Origin: Eledone cirrhosa
Taxonomy: Eukaryota
NCBI GenBank assembly: GCA_964016885.1
Contig: OZ024743.1
Span: forward strand, 202,678,001-202,742,000
Length of the DNA stretch: 64,000 bases
Direction: 5' to 3'
Each line of letters starts with the position of its first letter. The first letter of the stretch is position 1. The position numbers were made by a program, and so were the translations under genes. This document shows positions 1-14,399 of the stretch, piece after piece. Under the pieces are notes generated by a model. The model did no database searches. It was not told the origin of the DNA and was given only the letters and a program-made list of their open reading frames with translations.

Positions 1-86
1 GGAATTTATCAAAAGAACAACGAAAACATAACACACACAAACATTTACACATTCACACATATATTTTTATCTTTGTATATATACAG

Positions 87-516
<430 letters not shown>

Positions 517-1385
517 ATAAAGAGATACACAGATATATACATATTTGTGTTCAAATAGTAAGGGACCAAATCATGCGAGGCTGATCAAAAATTCACTCGT
601 TTCCTGTCAGATATGTCATTAAAATAACTAGGTGTGCGATATTGGAATCGCATATGACAATTAGCTAATAATTATGTAGAAAGCAAGGTGAAGCGGTTGA
701 AGAAATATATGGATATTTGTGCAGATGTTTGTTTTGTGTTGTTTGTGAGTTTGTAAAACTGATGTTGAGGATATCTGTGAAGAGTGCCATGTGGGTATAA
801 GAAGGGAGGTACGATAGCTCGAAGATGGAAATCAAAATTTGCATGAGGTATTGAAAAATGAAGGTTTCCTAAAGCATAAATCTGTGATGAGCGATGATAG
901 AAAAAGCTGATATTTTCACAGCAAGATTTGACAGAATTATAAATATTCCTATTATGTTAATAGTTGTTACTAAAGTTTTTGTTTTTATATTAATTCTTAT
1001 TATTGATATTCCTCTAATTTCACTCTTAGCACTCTTCTCGTTGTAGTTCTTTCGCTATCGAGAATTATTTTTTTGTTAGGTCATAATATATTTTTTCCAT
1101 GTTACTTCAGATCATTGCGATTTGGGTTCAATACCGATTAATTCAACGTTGAATTTCATCTTTTTGTAAACAATGTCAATTGGATCCTCACAGTTCTGCC
1201 TACAGGCAACTCGTAATGAGAACCCGCTCCTCAAAAAAGTTGTCGAACTTATCTGAGTGATACGCGATACGATTTCTCAAAAGCGACTCGTTTTCTCTGT
1301 GCTGCACTATTATATATTAATTTCACATTTTCCTACTCCATTTTAAAATTAACTGGAAATTTGCATGTATACATATTCATACATG

Positions 1386-1440
<55 letters not shown>

Positions 1441-1582
1441 TTGTTAAACAATATTCAATGATTATGTCAAATAATGAGTTTTACAGTAGATTGGAAGCAC
1501 TCAACAGTTAAAAATAATTTTCTAGAGTTATTAATATAAAAATATAAGTATTAATAACATATATGTTCTTTTGATCAATTAC

Positions 1583-1635
1583 ATTTTATTATACATATTT
1601 CGGATGTACAACAGTACGTCCTCATCAGACAAAAT
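1583..1635 (-). ncRNA. Type I hammerhead ribozyme (family A)
   Basis: Reverse complement of the 1752-1804 motif, core intact. Confidence 0.85.
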
Positions 1636-1751
1636 ACAATGATACATGACATACCCTGAGATGTTAAATGGTTAAGATTTAATCAAGGTAGTAGACTACA
1701 TTGATTAAATCTTAACCATTTAACATCTCAGGGTATGTTATGTATCATTAT

Positions 1752-1804
1752 ATTTTGTCTGATGAGGACGTACTGTTGTACATCCGAAATATGTATAATA
1801 AAAT
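1752..1804 (+). ncRNA. Type I hammerhead ribozyme (family A)
   Basis: ATTTTGT-CTGATGA-GGACGTAC tgtt GTACATCC-GAAAT atgt ATA^ATAAAAT: intact core, 7-bp stem I, stem II, minimal stem III. Confidence 0.85.
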
Positions 1805-1842
1805 TTAATTGATCAAAAGAACATCTAGTTTATTAATACTTA

Positions 1843-1910
<68 letters not shown>

Positions 1911-1913
<3 letters not shown>

Positions 1914-2300
1914 AATGTAACGTGCAGTTACTGAAGATTCACCCGAGTGAGCACTCGATGCGTAGTTCCTAGTCAGTAAAGTGGGTAGAATTAAGGACCG
2001 TTTAATTATAATAATAAAATGAAGATTTGTTATGTTTCATTAAGATTATTGAGTAGTGATGCGCGTCTCGCTATTGATGAGTTCAAGGTTCGATCTATAA
2101 CGATCTAGCCCGACTCTGGAATCAAAATCTCGTTGGATCTCTGACATTATCACAGCAGAACTCCAACAACGCTTTGATTCCAGAGTCGGGCTAGATCGAT
2201 ACAGATCGAACCTTGAGCTGATCAATAGTGAAACGCAAGTCACTACTCAATAAGTGTAATGAAGACATAAAAATCGTACTTTTATTATTATTATATTACT
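1911..2300. mobile_element. Fold-back PLE pLTR mini-insertion, family B (decayed long-stem-II hammerhead)
   Basis: Inverted arms ~2005-2137 and 2162-2298. The right arm has GTGAAACGCAAGTC (hammerhead 3' half). Homologous to 27318-27401. Confidence 0.65.
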
Positions 2301-2309
2301 ATTATTATT

Positions 2310-2505
2310 AGATTGGCAGTATCGGTAGAGAGTCGGACACCATGCTTTGAAGCATAGAGTTACGTCCCTTTATGATCTGAGTTCAAACCCTGCTGAGGTT
2401 AACTTTGCCTTTCATCCTTACGGGGTCGATAAAATAAAGTACCAGTAATACACTGGGTAATTGCTGGCCTTGTGCCAAAAGTAGAAACAATTATTATTAT
2501 TATTG
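2310..2505 (+). mobile_element. tRNA-derived SINE (octopus-type)
   Basis: A-box-like TGGCAGTATCGGTAG, B-box GAGTTCAAACCC, body CTTTGCCTTTCATCCTTACGGGGTCGATAAAATAAAGTACCAGT, (ATT)n tail; about 10 copies in the window. Confidence 0.85.
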
Positions 2506-5440
2506 TTCTTTGAGTATCAGTCATTGATGTTAGATAACTGGAAAGTTTGTTGAAATGAATATCAAGCCATTACCTGCAGCCTCAGATATTCAGGACGTAT
2601 CGGAGGGTTCTTGCTGTTCCCAGCAAACATGCCTTTTGAAGTGTTCCAAAAAGCGGGGCGGGACCAGTTTTCTTTAACCATTCTTGGAAATTCTTTGAGA
2701 TAATACCTAGTGCGCCTTTGATAATCGGGACCACTTTGACTTCATGGCAGTTCCAAATCCTTTTCACCTCCCACTTTAAGTCATGGTATCAGTTAATTGT
2801 CTCCCTCTCCTTTTCTTGCACTCTCGTGTCAAATGGGCAGGCCACATGTACAATCAGGCATGATCTTTTTCCTTGTCCACAACCACCAGGTCAGGCCTAT
2901 TGTGTTCCAGTTTCTTGTCCGTCTGTATCCTAAAATCCCATAGCACTTCACCTGATCGTTTTCTATCACCGACTCTGGCTTATGCTCATACCACTTCTCA
3001 GAATGTGGTAAATTGTTTACTTTGCATAGGTGCCAGTGGATCACCCTGACCATCACATCATGTCTCCAGCCCTTATAGTGAGTCTGGGCTAGGTGTTTAC
3101 ACTCGGATACAATGTGAGCCACAGTCTCCTCTCTCTCTCTCCACAGATCCTGCACAGTGGGCTAGCCTCCTCCTTGTAAATATGGTGTTTCAACCACTTC
3201 GTTTTGAGGGCCTGCTCCTGCGCAGCCATTAACATTCCTTCTGTAGCCTTTTTAAGGTCTCCTCTTTTCAATCAGTTCCATGACTGTCGATCTCTGAATT
3301 CAGTTTTCTCAAAGAAGGTAATATGAAGGGATTTTTCATGAAGGTTGCTATTTCTCCTTGTTGTTATTTGCTCCTTGGACATCCCCTGGTCTATTGTCCT
3401 CTTCTTCAGTACAATTCTGAGCATTCGCTCCTTACTATCAGTCACGTGTTTGTGTAGGTTGATTTTCTCCATCTGAACACAGTCCTCTATTCTGATAAGA
3501 CCTCTTCCACCTTCAGATCTCCTTAAGTAGAGTATATCGACATCACTCCTCTTGTGGAACATGTTGTAGATATTCAATAGCTTCCTAGTCTTCCTATCCA
3601 TTTCTTTTTGTTCAGCAACATTCCATCTCAGAATTCCCGCACTGTAGATAATAATAGACACAGCTCGGGAATTTACTGCACTTATGGTATTCCTACTGTT
3701 CAGATGTGATTTTAATACGCTCCTTACTCTCCGAATGTATTCAGATCTTATCAATTCCTTCATTTTTGTGTTCGTGATGTCATCAGCCTCCAGAATACCC
3801 AAATACTTGTATCATTCTTCAATGTCAATTTCCTTTATCATCTCACCTGTTGCTCTGCTCAATTTGCCCCTCTTCATCACAAGTACTCCACACTTACTAA
3901 TACCAAAAAGCATACATATATCATTGCTGAAAATACGGACAGTGTCAACAAGCACATCCAACTCCTTCTCACTCTTCCCGAAGAGCTTAAGATCGTCCAT
4001 GAAGAGGAGGTGTTTGATGGTAAGCTCTCCCTTTCCCAACTTGTATCCTGCTCTCACTTTTCGCAGTATAATGGTCAGGGGCATCAGGGCAAGGACAAAC
4101 AACAGAGGAGACAAACTATCTCCCTGCAAGATACCTCTCTTGATCTTCACGCCTTCCAAGGATTCTCCAGCTGATGTTAACTCTGTTTTCCAAGACTTCA
4201 TAATTTTTCTCAACAACTGTCTGATGTTATCTGCCACCTTGAAGATCTCTAGGCTTTTGGTGATCCAAGAATGAAGCACCATGTCAAATGCCTTTTTGTA
4301 GTCTATCCATCCCATGGTAAGACCAGTGTGTCTCCTCTTGCAATTCCTCATTACCATCTTATCAATAAGTCCTTTGTATCACTGGACTTCTTACGGCGTC
4401 CTTTCTGTTCGTCCGGTAACAAGTTGTTTGAGTGGAGGTGATGGTAGATTTCTTCAGACACAATTCTTGTCAACAGTTTCCACGTTACGGACAGACAGGT
4501 CTATAGTTGATAACATAATTACCCTTGATTCGGTCTTTCATTACCAGAACTGTGGTACCTTTTGTCAACCACTCTGGAACCTCACCTGACATCAAGCATC
4601 ATTGAACATGGTTGTCAATTTCGAGTGGAGGGATGTTACGTTTTTAATCCAATACCCCTGCACACCATCTTGGCCTGGTGATTTCCAGTTGGTTAGTTTT
4701 TTGGCCTGCCCCTTAAGAGTTTCAACTGTGATACTCAAATCATTTTGTTGGTGTGCCTGTTCACTAATCTCCTTTTGTACTGTCTCAATCCACACTGCCT
4801 GGTCATTATGTTTAACATCCTTCTCCCATATTCCTCTCCAGAATGTCTTAGTTTGTTCCGCCTCAGGGATCAAGTCGTTGCCTCTTTCTTTCCCTTCAAG
4901 CTGTCCAAACAACGTCTTCTGGTTGTTGTCAAACATGCGGTTCTGTCTATACTGACAGACTCTGCTCTCGTATCACCTAATTTTTGCACTCTTTGCTACA
5001 ATGCGTTGCTTCAGTTCCTCTATGATAATATTTAGCCTTTTCCTCCCAGTTTTGTACTTTATTTCCAGTCTATTTTTAGTGTCTATGTTTTTTAGTGTCC
5101 CATTCAGTAGGGACTCAAGCTTTCTAATGTCATTTCTCATTTCCCTGATTTGACCATTCAGTTGTTTCTTCCACCAAGGTTCTGATTTTTCTTGTTTGTT
5201 GTTTCCTCTCGCTTTCATGCCAAGTAATTTCCTCACCGCATTTGCTGTTGCTTTGAGGATAGTGTTGCACTGGTGAAGGCTCCTCGCCTCAAGGTATGGG
5301 ATGACTTTGTTTACCTTAGCTGTTGTTTCATTTAACTTTTTCCCTTTGCTTTTTCTTCCTTCGACACCAGCAGTATTTGTTTGACAGCCAGGTCCCTGCT
5401 GCTGAGCAAGGGAGCACCTGCTGTGTGAGAGTCTGTCATA
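2506..5440 (-). mobile_element. Dong/R4-clade non-LTR retrotransposon, frameshifted copy 1
   Basis: RT motifs WKSPGQDG, DYKKAFD, QGDSLSPLLF, HLLFMDDLKL; CRIC...H...C knuckle; RLE-type C-terminus ending VVPIIKGALG; 3' end in (TAA)n. Confidence 0.9.
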
Positions 5441-5472
5441 TTATTATTATTATTATTATTATTATTGTTGTT

Positions 5473-6847
5473 ATTCCTTGAATCTCAGTCATTGATGTTG
5501 GTTAACTGGAAAGTCCGTTGGAATGAATATCAAGCCACTACCTGCAGCCTCAGATATTCAGGACGTATCGGAGGGTTCTTGCTGTTCCAAGCAAGCATGC
5601 CTTTTGAAGCGTTCCAAAAAGCGTGAAGGGGCCGATTTTCATTAACCATCCCTGGAAACTTTTGGAGATAGTCCCCAGTGCGCCTATGACAATCGGGATC
5701 ACTTTGACTTCATGTAGTTCCAAATCCTTTTCACCTCCCACTTTAGGTCCTGGTATCGGTTAATTTTCTCCCTCTCCTTCTCTTGCACTCTCGTGTCGAA
5801 AGGGCAGGCCACATCCACAATCAGACACGATCTTTTTTCTTTGTCCACAACCACCAGGTCAGGTCTATTGTGTTCCAGTTTTTTGTCCGTCTGTATACTA
5901 AAATCCCACAGCACCTTCACCTGATTGTTCTCCATCACCGCCTCTGGCCTATGCTCATGCCATTTCTCAGAATGTGGTAAATTGTTTACTTTGCACAGGT
6001 GCCAGTGGATCACCCTGCCCATCACATCGTGTGTCCAGCCCTTATAGTGGGTCTGGGCTAGGTGTTTACACTCGGACACAATGTGAGCCACAGTCTCCTC
6101 TCTCTCTCCACAGATCCTGCACAGTGGGCTAGCCTCCTCCTTGTAAATATGGTGTTTCAACCACTTCGTTTTGAGGGCCTGCTCCTGCGCAGCCATTAGC
6201 ATTCCTTCTGTAGCCTTTTTGAGGTCTCCTCTTCTCAACCAGTTCCATGTCTGTGGATCTCTAAATTCAGTTTTCTCAAAGAAGGTACTATGAAAGGATT
6301 TTCCCTTAAGGCTGCTCTTCCTCCTTGATGTTATTTCCTCCTCGGACATCCCCTGGCCTACTCTCCCCTCCTTCAGTACAGTTCTGAGCATTGGCTCCTT
6401 ACTATAGGTCACGTATTTGTATAGGTTGATTTTCTCCATCTGAACACAGTCCTCTATGCTGATAAGACCTCTTCCACCCTCAGATCTCCTTAGGTAGAGT
6501 CTATCGACATCACTCCTCTTGTGGAACATGTTGTAGATAGTCAATAGCTTCCTAGTCTTCCTATCCATTTCTTTTTGTTTCTCAACATTCCATCTCAAAA
6601 TTCCCGCACTGTACGTAATAATAGACACAGCTCGGGAATTTACTGCGCTTATGGCATTTCTGCTGTTCAGCTGTGTCTTCAATACGCTCCTTACTCTCCG
6701 AATGTATTCAGTTCTTAACAATTCCTTCATTTTTTTGTTCTTTATGCCATCAGCCTCCAGAACGCCCAAATACTTGTATCCTTCCTCAGAGTCAATTTCC
6801 TTTATCATCTCACCTGTTGGTATCTCGATCCTGTTACTTCTGCTCAA
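5473..6847 (-). mobile_element. Dong/R4-clade non-LTR retrotransposon, 5'-truncated copy 2
   Basis: 382-aa ORF with YKYLG, GGRGL, CRICGEREETVAHIVSEC and NRPDLVVVD...IVDVACPFD (PD-D RLE); 3' end in (TAA)n. Confidence 0.92.
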
Positions 6848-6850
6848 CCT

Positions 6851-7048
<198 letters not shown>

Positions 7049-7801
7049 TCTTGTGACCCTACGTATTTCACTTTGCAATATCCGTTGAAAATCTTATTCC
7101 CAGATTACTTCGGGTCTTCATGAATCCTCGTAGCGTACATATTAAATTAGTCTATCCCAAAATTTGAGTACCTCAGTATCCAAAGTTTAACCGTTTCAAA
7201 TGTTTCTTAGAATATTCGATTCAAATATGTGAAACAGTAATATCACTACTCGTAGAGACATTATTTTTCCCCCTTACTTTTTTATTTTTATTGGATCTTC
7301 TTGCAGGAACACTGAAACCTTCCGTAGTAATTATCACCGTTGAAAATATGAAAACGACTGAAATATCTATATCATTACCTATATTAAAGTTAGATTCCGA
7401 CAATCACATTAAAATTTGTAATTAGCATACAGAGGTGTTTTTTATTTTTGCTTATATATAGCAATGTGAATTCTTTTACATTTTCGAGTGGCGTCTGTAC
7501 TATTTCTGAAATCTAGCGTCTATATCTACATATCAAGATTGTTCACTTCATCCGGAAGACCATTTGAATTACATACAAACGTTGTTGATCTCTAAACTAA
7601 TAACCAATATCAACTGCCGTAACGAACTGATGGGAAAGGTAATATTTTCACCACTCAGCTCCAGAAAACATAAAATACAGCAAATATTTGCTCATCCATA
7701 ATTCATGCATAGAACAGGCAAAATTCTAGGAAAAGCCAATTACACACATACACGGGCATGTATATGTATATGCATATGTATGTGTGTGTGGGGGGGGGGG
7801 G

Positions 7802-7856
<55 letters not shown>

Positions 7857-8051
7857 TATTCACAAAGCAAAAGAGAGAAAAATAATCTTTCATAACTACA
7901 TTATTTTTTCTTTGATACCGAGACATACATATGTTTATTGTATATTAACATATAGTATATGCTTTCAAATACAACCTTACCGTGCTTAACGCTGACTTAG
8001 TGCTACTGCCAAAATATATGTACACATATATATATATATTTGAATATAAAT

Positions 8052-8082
<31 letters not shown>

Positions 8083-8087
<5 letters not shown>

Positions 8088-10375
8088 ATAATAATAAATT
8101 TGAAGACTAAAATCCAAAGAGGGTTCGATAAGCATAAATATATATCAAATATATAAGAATCAGAATTCCCCAACGTGGGCGGTGGTTCGTACCGTGATGA
8201 CGGTCTTTTGACCATGACAAAGTGCGACCCACGTGCTTGCGGCAGGTTTAGAAAAGAACTCACAGCCTTTTTTAAAGGCTTAACCTCTCCATACAGGTTG
8301 AGGCTAACCTCTCGGTCGTTAATTTCCTCGACGTTACCCTTAATTTGTCTAATGGCTTGCACTACCCGTATAGAAAGCCAAATGATACGCTTAATTACAT
8401 AAGTAAGCATTCTAACCATCCTGCCAGCATATCTAAGAACCTGGTAAGAAACGTTTCTTTGAGGCTTTCCCGTCTATCTACAAACGAGCATATTTTCACC
8501 GACCATTCCACATATTACAATGAAGCTCTTGCTCGGAGTGGATTTGTCGAAAAGGTAGGATATACAGAGTATGAGAATAGACCGAGGAAAAATACATCCC
8601 GAAGCATTATATCGTATAGCCCACTATATAATATGGAGGTGGCCACACCATTAGCTAAGATCTTTCTCTCCCTTATTATGAAGCATTTCCCCCCAGCACA
8701 TAAATGTAGTACATTTTTTAATAGAAATACCATTAAAATGTCTTACTCTACGACTCCTAAAGTTGCACATAACATCACAGCTTCAAATTTAGCTAAACTA
8801 CCTAGCCGTAGGAACACGTGCAATCCTGTAGCTAGTACTAACTGTAATTGAAGGAATCGGGTTGACTGCCCCCTATCCTGAAAATGCCACTCTAGTAACA
8901 TTCTCTACAAATGTAAGGTTGAAACACCCACGTCCCGTAGGGCCTACATAGGGTTAACCGCCAATAGATTCAAGTAGCGTCTTTACATGCATACCCCTTC
9001 TTTTCTCAACCCTTTGAGAAGGAATATAACGTCACTTTCAGCTTATATCTGGAGTCTAAAAGGCAACCACACCCAATATAAGTTATACTGGGAGATCCTA
9101 GCTAAAAGCTAGATCGTATAACGGAAATAAAAGACCATGTGACCTCTGCGCCGCTGAAGCCCTGGAACTACTCTACGCTAAAGACCACATCTTAACACAA
9201 AAAATCTGAGGCAATTTTGGCTTGTAAACATAAAATGCACAAAACTTTCCTGTTTTAAAGCCCCACATTATACCCTAACAGATATTACGAACTATACGCG
9301 GATATTTTACGTCTTGATGTGGTAGCTAAGTATATGTTATGTTTATACCATTACTTATTCGTATAGGTAAGTATATATTACCTGTATGTTTTGTGAAGGT
9401 ACGTATACTTTCTCGTACGTATATTTGCTTGTATATGTTATAGGCGTATATATTATATTATATATACTGGTACATATGTATATGGTTATGTGTATACATG
9501 AGTTTTACGTCTGGGTGTGTATGTGGTTTCGTACGTATGTAGGGTGTGTATATGTGTATTTGTATTTTGGTTGACGTCGTTTAGCGAACATATGTGTACT
9601 TATATGTAGGTATATGTGTGCGCGCGTTATATACGTATTTATGTGTATATATTTATATACGATTATATAATTATATGTATACACGCACACACAGGCACAC
9701 CTATATATATATATATATTTTTTTTATATATATATATTGTTATGTGTATTTTGGTGTATACCTTCGTATGTGTGCGGGTACAAGCGTTGCATGGGTTCTG
9801 TATGTGCGTGCGGGTTTTTGTGTACGTGCTTGTATTTGCATACCCATGGCGGGTGTTTTCGCGTATGCATGTGTATGTACGTATTGGATGCGTGCATGTA
9901 TATATTTAATTTTTCTTGATTTCAATTACCTCTGTCATTTATTTACATTATTCTTAACTCTGAAGCCGAGAATCTTTCGGTTTCATAAACAGAATTTTAG
10001 TCTACGACTCCAGTTATACCATAAACGGGGTTTTGTCTTTACGTGTAATTGTTCACATCGGTCCACATAATGACATATTATCTTCGATATTTCCGTTCAT
10101 TGCCAGAGAAACGTCTGCACGAAACACCTAATAGTATATCAGTCTACGACTTCATTTATACCAAACAATGACGTATTATCTTTGTTTTTTTTCGTTCTTT
10201 GCCAGGGAACGTTTCCATGAACCAAAGTATCGTTTTCCTGCCTTCCTTCGGTTGCAACGCTTTTCGAAATACTTAGTTCTACGTTCACAGATTGATTTTT
10301 TTTAGCCTCAGAAATGCCGTTAAGGGTGAAAGCAGCGATTCTTTGCTTAAACTTTAACCTGTTATTTTAATAAAT
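8083..10375 (+). mobile_element. 5'-truncated Naiad-type PLE (family C) with inverted tail at its 5' side
   Basis: YRDDGL, NFLDVTL, SNHP, YSP.Y, CNxR..CPL, GIY-YIG-like ILY...AYIGLT, CDLC and CKH motifs with stops and frameshifts (~8175-9255). Long 3' UTR and pLTR. 8083-8163 is the reverse complement of the tail at 36955-37042. Confidence 0.85.
10304..10353 (+). ncRNA. Degenerate family C hammerhead-like motif
   Basis: AGCCT-CAGAAA-TGCCGTTAAGGGT-GAAAGCA...TGCTT-AAACT, homologous to 36879-36929. Confidence 0.5.
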
Positions 10376-10378
10376 CTC

Positions 10379-10535
<157 letters not shown>

Positions 10536-10799
10536 TCAAATATATATATATATATTAATTCTTTAAGCGAATAGGGATGTGTGGACCACATAATGGGCTG
10601 TCGGTTGCGGATTAGATAAACGGAAGCGCTCAACGACCTGTAGAAAGCTGCAAGCCGAGCAGATACAGTGTACCTCTCTCATTATTTTATATAACTCCCT
10701 CGCGGTAGATTAACCACGGAAGTATAGTGACTGCTTTCAAGCTAATACTTATACACTTCTAGTCTTCCTTACCACCCTTCTGTAGCATCTGTATCATAT

Positions 10800-11105
10800 T
10801 AATATCCCCTCTGCCCTCTGTGATATTTTTCACTGCTACAAGGGATTCAATCCCATTTCTTAACCACTGTATCACGTGATAGTGTCTCCCTCCGCTTTTT
10901 CGAGATTCTCTTGCGCGATGCAGACATGTTTTGAAAGTTTTCCCTGAGATGTTCCCTTGAAAGGTCGGCCAATTTCACAAAAATGTTACATCTCTATGAT
11001 ATAGGATTTTTGCATAGTAGCCACTAAACTGTACAGTCGGGAATTTGAAGAAAAAATGGGTATTATTTATGTATAATATTTCTTCTTACTTTATAATATA
11101 TTACA
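10800..11105. repeat. Unclassified dispersed repeat, copy 1 (copy 2 at ~31160-31470)
   Basis: Shared blocks CTGTATCACGTGATA, CTATGATATAGGATTTTTGCA, AAACTGTACAGTCG. Confidence 0.8.
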
Positions 11106-11285
11106 TAGCTCTAATATCGAGTCAATTTAATTATTCCGATTATCTTGTCTCTCATAATCATAGAGCAACACTGGTTAAGGCCGACAACATACAATCTCAC
11201 ATACTTGTATGTGTATATATGCATGTATATGTATACACATATATTTGTGTACCTCCTATTATTGTATATATATATATACAAATGT

Positions 11286-11373
<88 letters not shown>

Positions 11374-11416
11374 CACATATATATGTATACACATATTTGT
11401 GTACCTCCCATTATTG

Positions 11417-11507
<91 letters not shown>

Positions 11508-12368
11508 GAAAATGGCCTGTTCCCTAATTTTGTGTAGTCCCTCTAATTATATCCTGTTTGTTTCGAAATATCTTATCCCGTAAGTATGTAGGAGATTCAG
11601 GACTTATTGTTCTCATTGACATGGAACCGATGAATCGGACAGCATTTCAAACTTTATTCTTTCATAGTTATTTTCTAGCCGATACCTTGAATGTAACTAT
11701 TGATCGTCCCGTTTTGCTGTTTATCTGGTGAAGGTTATTATTATAATTTTGCAAATCCATTGAAGTTCGATGGTTTATAATTCAATATCGATCTTTGCCA
11801 TGGGAGGAATATTTGTATTATATTATTGATAATAGGGATTATTTCTTTTATGAATATCCTACAAATATATTGTAGTCTGTGGGTCTTTTATGAAAATTGA
11901 CGTGAAAATTTTAGGTTCTTTGAAGCCGAATGCATTGAAAGCTATTAAGTAGGAAGAAATTTGTAGCAGATGCTAATGGATGATAGACAACACTCCCAAA
12001 ATATTGATCAAAATTCCTCGGAATAATTCCTTCAAACAAATTTCATGCATATAATAACCAACCCCATATACATACGAACACACACTACCACGCATATGCA
12101 TGATACATGCATACACACATATGCATACACGCATATGCATGATACATGCATACACACACATATATACACACACACATATATATATGTGTGTGTGGGGGGG
12201 GGGGTCTACCTGTGTGTGTGTGAAGTATTTCCGAAGAAAATGCAAAGGAAAAAAGAGTGATCTATGTATAGAACAGAGCTGTTTAAGTAGAAAGAGAAAA
12301 ACACAATATATAACTACTCCATTACCAAAGGTTGCGGAACCATAGACAATATCAACATGCGTCTAGAT

Positions 12369-14399
12369 CAGTGTTTCTCAACCTTTTTGACCCCCGGGCC
12401 TACATTTAGCTCCCCAAAAATGTCCGGACCCACTTATTTTACAAGCGTAAACTAGTGCTCAAAAACTAATCCGGACTATAACCCCCACATGATATACGCG
12501 TATATACTAGTGCTTCTCAAACTTTTTGTTCTCGCGGCCCACTTTACTCCCTAGAAACTGCCAGGGTCAGTGCTCAAAGAGCATTCTGGAACACTTACCC
12601 CCATATGATCCCGACTGCATTTAAATTTCACGAGTGAAGAATACGAATTCTTGATAAAAAGTCAATAAAAAAATAAGAAAAAATGTAATGGTCGTTTTAA
12701 CAATGCTCAAATGCTCAGTGCTAGTGACTGCACTGGTCCTGGTGTCTCACAACAAGACTGTCGATTTGGGCTTCAAAGGATTGGTTCAACTTCAGCCGCA
12801 AATCTCCCCGGTTGATGGTTTGAAGAAGGTTTCTTTTTCTCCAAAAAATATCATTTAGCGTGGAAAATCCAGATTCAACAAGCCACGTTGTAGGAAAAGA
12901 GAGAATAAAAGGAAACGCTTCATCATAAAGGTTTGGAAATATTTTTTCCACATTAAGCCAGCCGAGAGGGCCCTCGCGTTCCATTTTTCCCATCAATTGC
13001 GCATTCTCTTTGAGTTCCAGCAAGTCGACTGCAAGATTAGGATCCAGAGTTTCGTCGCTAATAACATCAAAGTTTTGAATGTCCATCAGCCACTGCGGGG
13101 TCTTCATGTCCAGTATATCATGAAATCGTCGTTTGAAATCAGTTTGTAAATGTCTTATGTGGTCGACGCAGCTGATCAAAACGGCGTCAGAAGGTGTGGT
13201 TTTGGAGAGATTTGAAAAGCATGCGAATTCACGTCTCTGCAGATGATTGGACCATAAACTAAGCTTAGAGATGACGGATCGAATTTTTTTCCGTACAATA
13301 CACTATTGTAGTCGCACGGCCTTGAAGGGTGTTGTTTAATGAACTAACGTGTGCAAAAATATCAGCCAGATAAAAAATGTTGGTCTTGGTATCGTTGAGG
13401 CTTAATTTTTCGACTAGGACGCTCTTTCTCGTTGAATTCGTCTGCATGCTTCAGTCGCCATTCGCTATATGAATAGAAAAAACGGATCCCATAATTTTAC
13501 GAGACGATTTAGCGAATTTCCCTCGGAAAGCCAGTGAACCTCGGTATGTAAAAGAAGTGCACGATGTTCTTCATTTTCACACAGTTCTGAAAACAATCGT
13601 TCGTAGAGACCATTCGCTTTTACGAAGTTAATGCTTGAAATAGCAACTTGAAGTGCATGCTCCATGTCGCTACTTAGGCATTTGGCTGCAAGGTGTTGAC
13701 GGTGAATCATGCAGTGTATGGATAAGACGTGCGGTGCGACTTTCTTAAGTTTTGCAATGAATCCATTATGTACACTCGTCATAGCATTTGCACCGTCTGT
13801 GGCAATCTGAAGTAGATTAGAAAGTGGGATGTTGTTTTTCCTTCAAAATATTCATACACTGATGCAAAAATGGATTCACTTTTTGTGTCTTTCAATGATT
13901 TCATAAAAAGCATTTCTTCACGAATACACGTTCCCTCAATGAACCGACTATAGGAAAGAAGAAATGCACAGTTATGAAGAGCTTTTTCATCAATTTGGAG
14001 AGAAAATTTGAGTACTCGAAGCTTCTCCATCATTTGATTTTCAATATCTGCTGCCATTTCATCCTGTCTGCGTTTGATTGTGTCATTGGAAAGTTGAATT
14101 TTCGATAAAATATTGGCCGATTCTTCTCCCAGCATTTCCTTTGCACACGCAAGCATGGCCGGTTTTACCAGGAGTTCGGCGATCGTGTGAGGTTTACACA
14201 CCTTTGCGACCATTTCACTTACGATATAACTCGATTTAAGTGCCTTTTTTCGCATGAACATCTGCATCGGAAGTTGTGACTTTCTTCTGCGTGTTTCCAA
14301 CTTATTCTTAAAATATTCAACACTTCTTTCAACGGAGGCCCACTGAAATTTCTCCGGTCTCACTCAAAATTGTCCCGGGCCCACCGTTGAGAACCACTG
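12369..14399 (-). mobile_element. hAT DNA transposon, Buster/Charlie type
   Basis: TIRs CAGTGTTTCTCAAC and GTTGAGAACCACTG; perfect 8-bp TSD GTCTAGAT (12361-12368, 14400-14407) with the nnnTAnnn Buster signature. Confidence 0.95.
12721..14363 (-). pseudogene. hAT (Buster/ZBED5-like) transposase, frameshifted
   Basis: KPHTIAELLVKP, LSNDTIKRR, FSLQIDE, HCMIHRQHLAAK, LLHTEV(H)WLS, FPTTWLVESGFS and RGDLRLKL spread over 4 ORFs. Confidence 0.9.

Larger units (their letters stand above)
1436..1850. mobile_element. Fold-back (head-to-head) PLE pLTR mini-insertion, family A
   Basis: ~155-bp inverted arms (~1535-1692 and 1695-1850) centred on GTAGT-AG-ACTAC. Each arm carries a hammerhead motif. (TA)n on both flanks. 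The left arm has an extra ~100-nt tail. Confidence 0.8.

Noticed and set aside
2310-2505. tRNA gene
   Set aside because: A/B boxes only, no cloverleaf; multi-copy SINE body and ATT tail
10600-10638. CGGATTA...GGAAGCGCTC possible decayed hammerhead
   Set aside because: At least three core mismatches and no real stem II
10860-10940. Minus-strand peptide KHVCIAQENLEKSGGRHYHVIQW resembling a HUH Rep motif II
   Set aside because: The second copy at ~31220-31300 does not keep it, there are flanking stops, and no other Rep motifs are present
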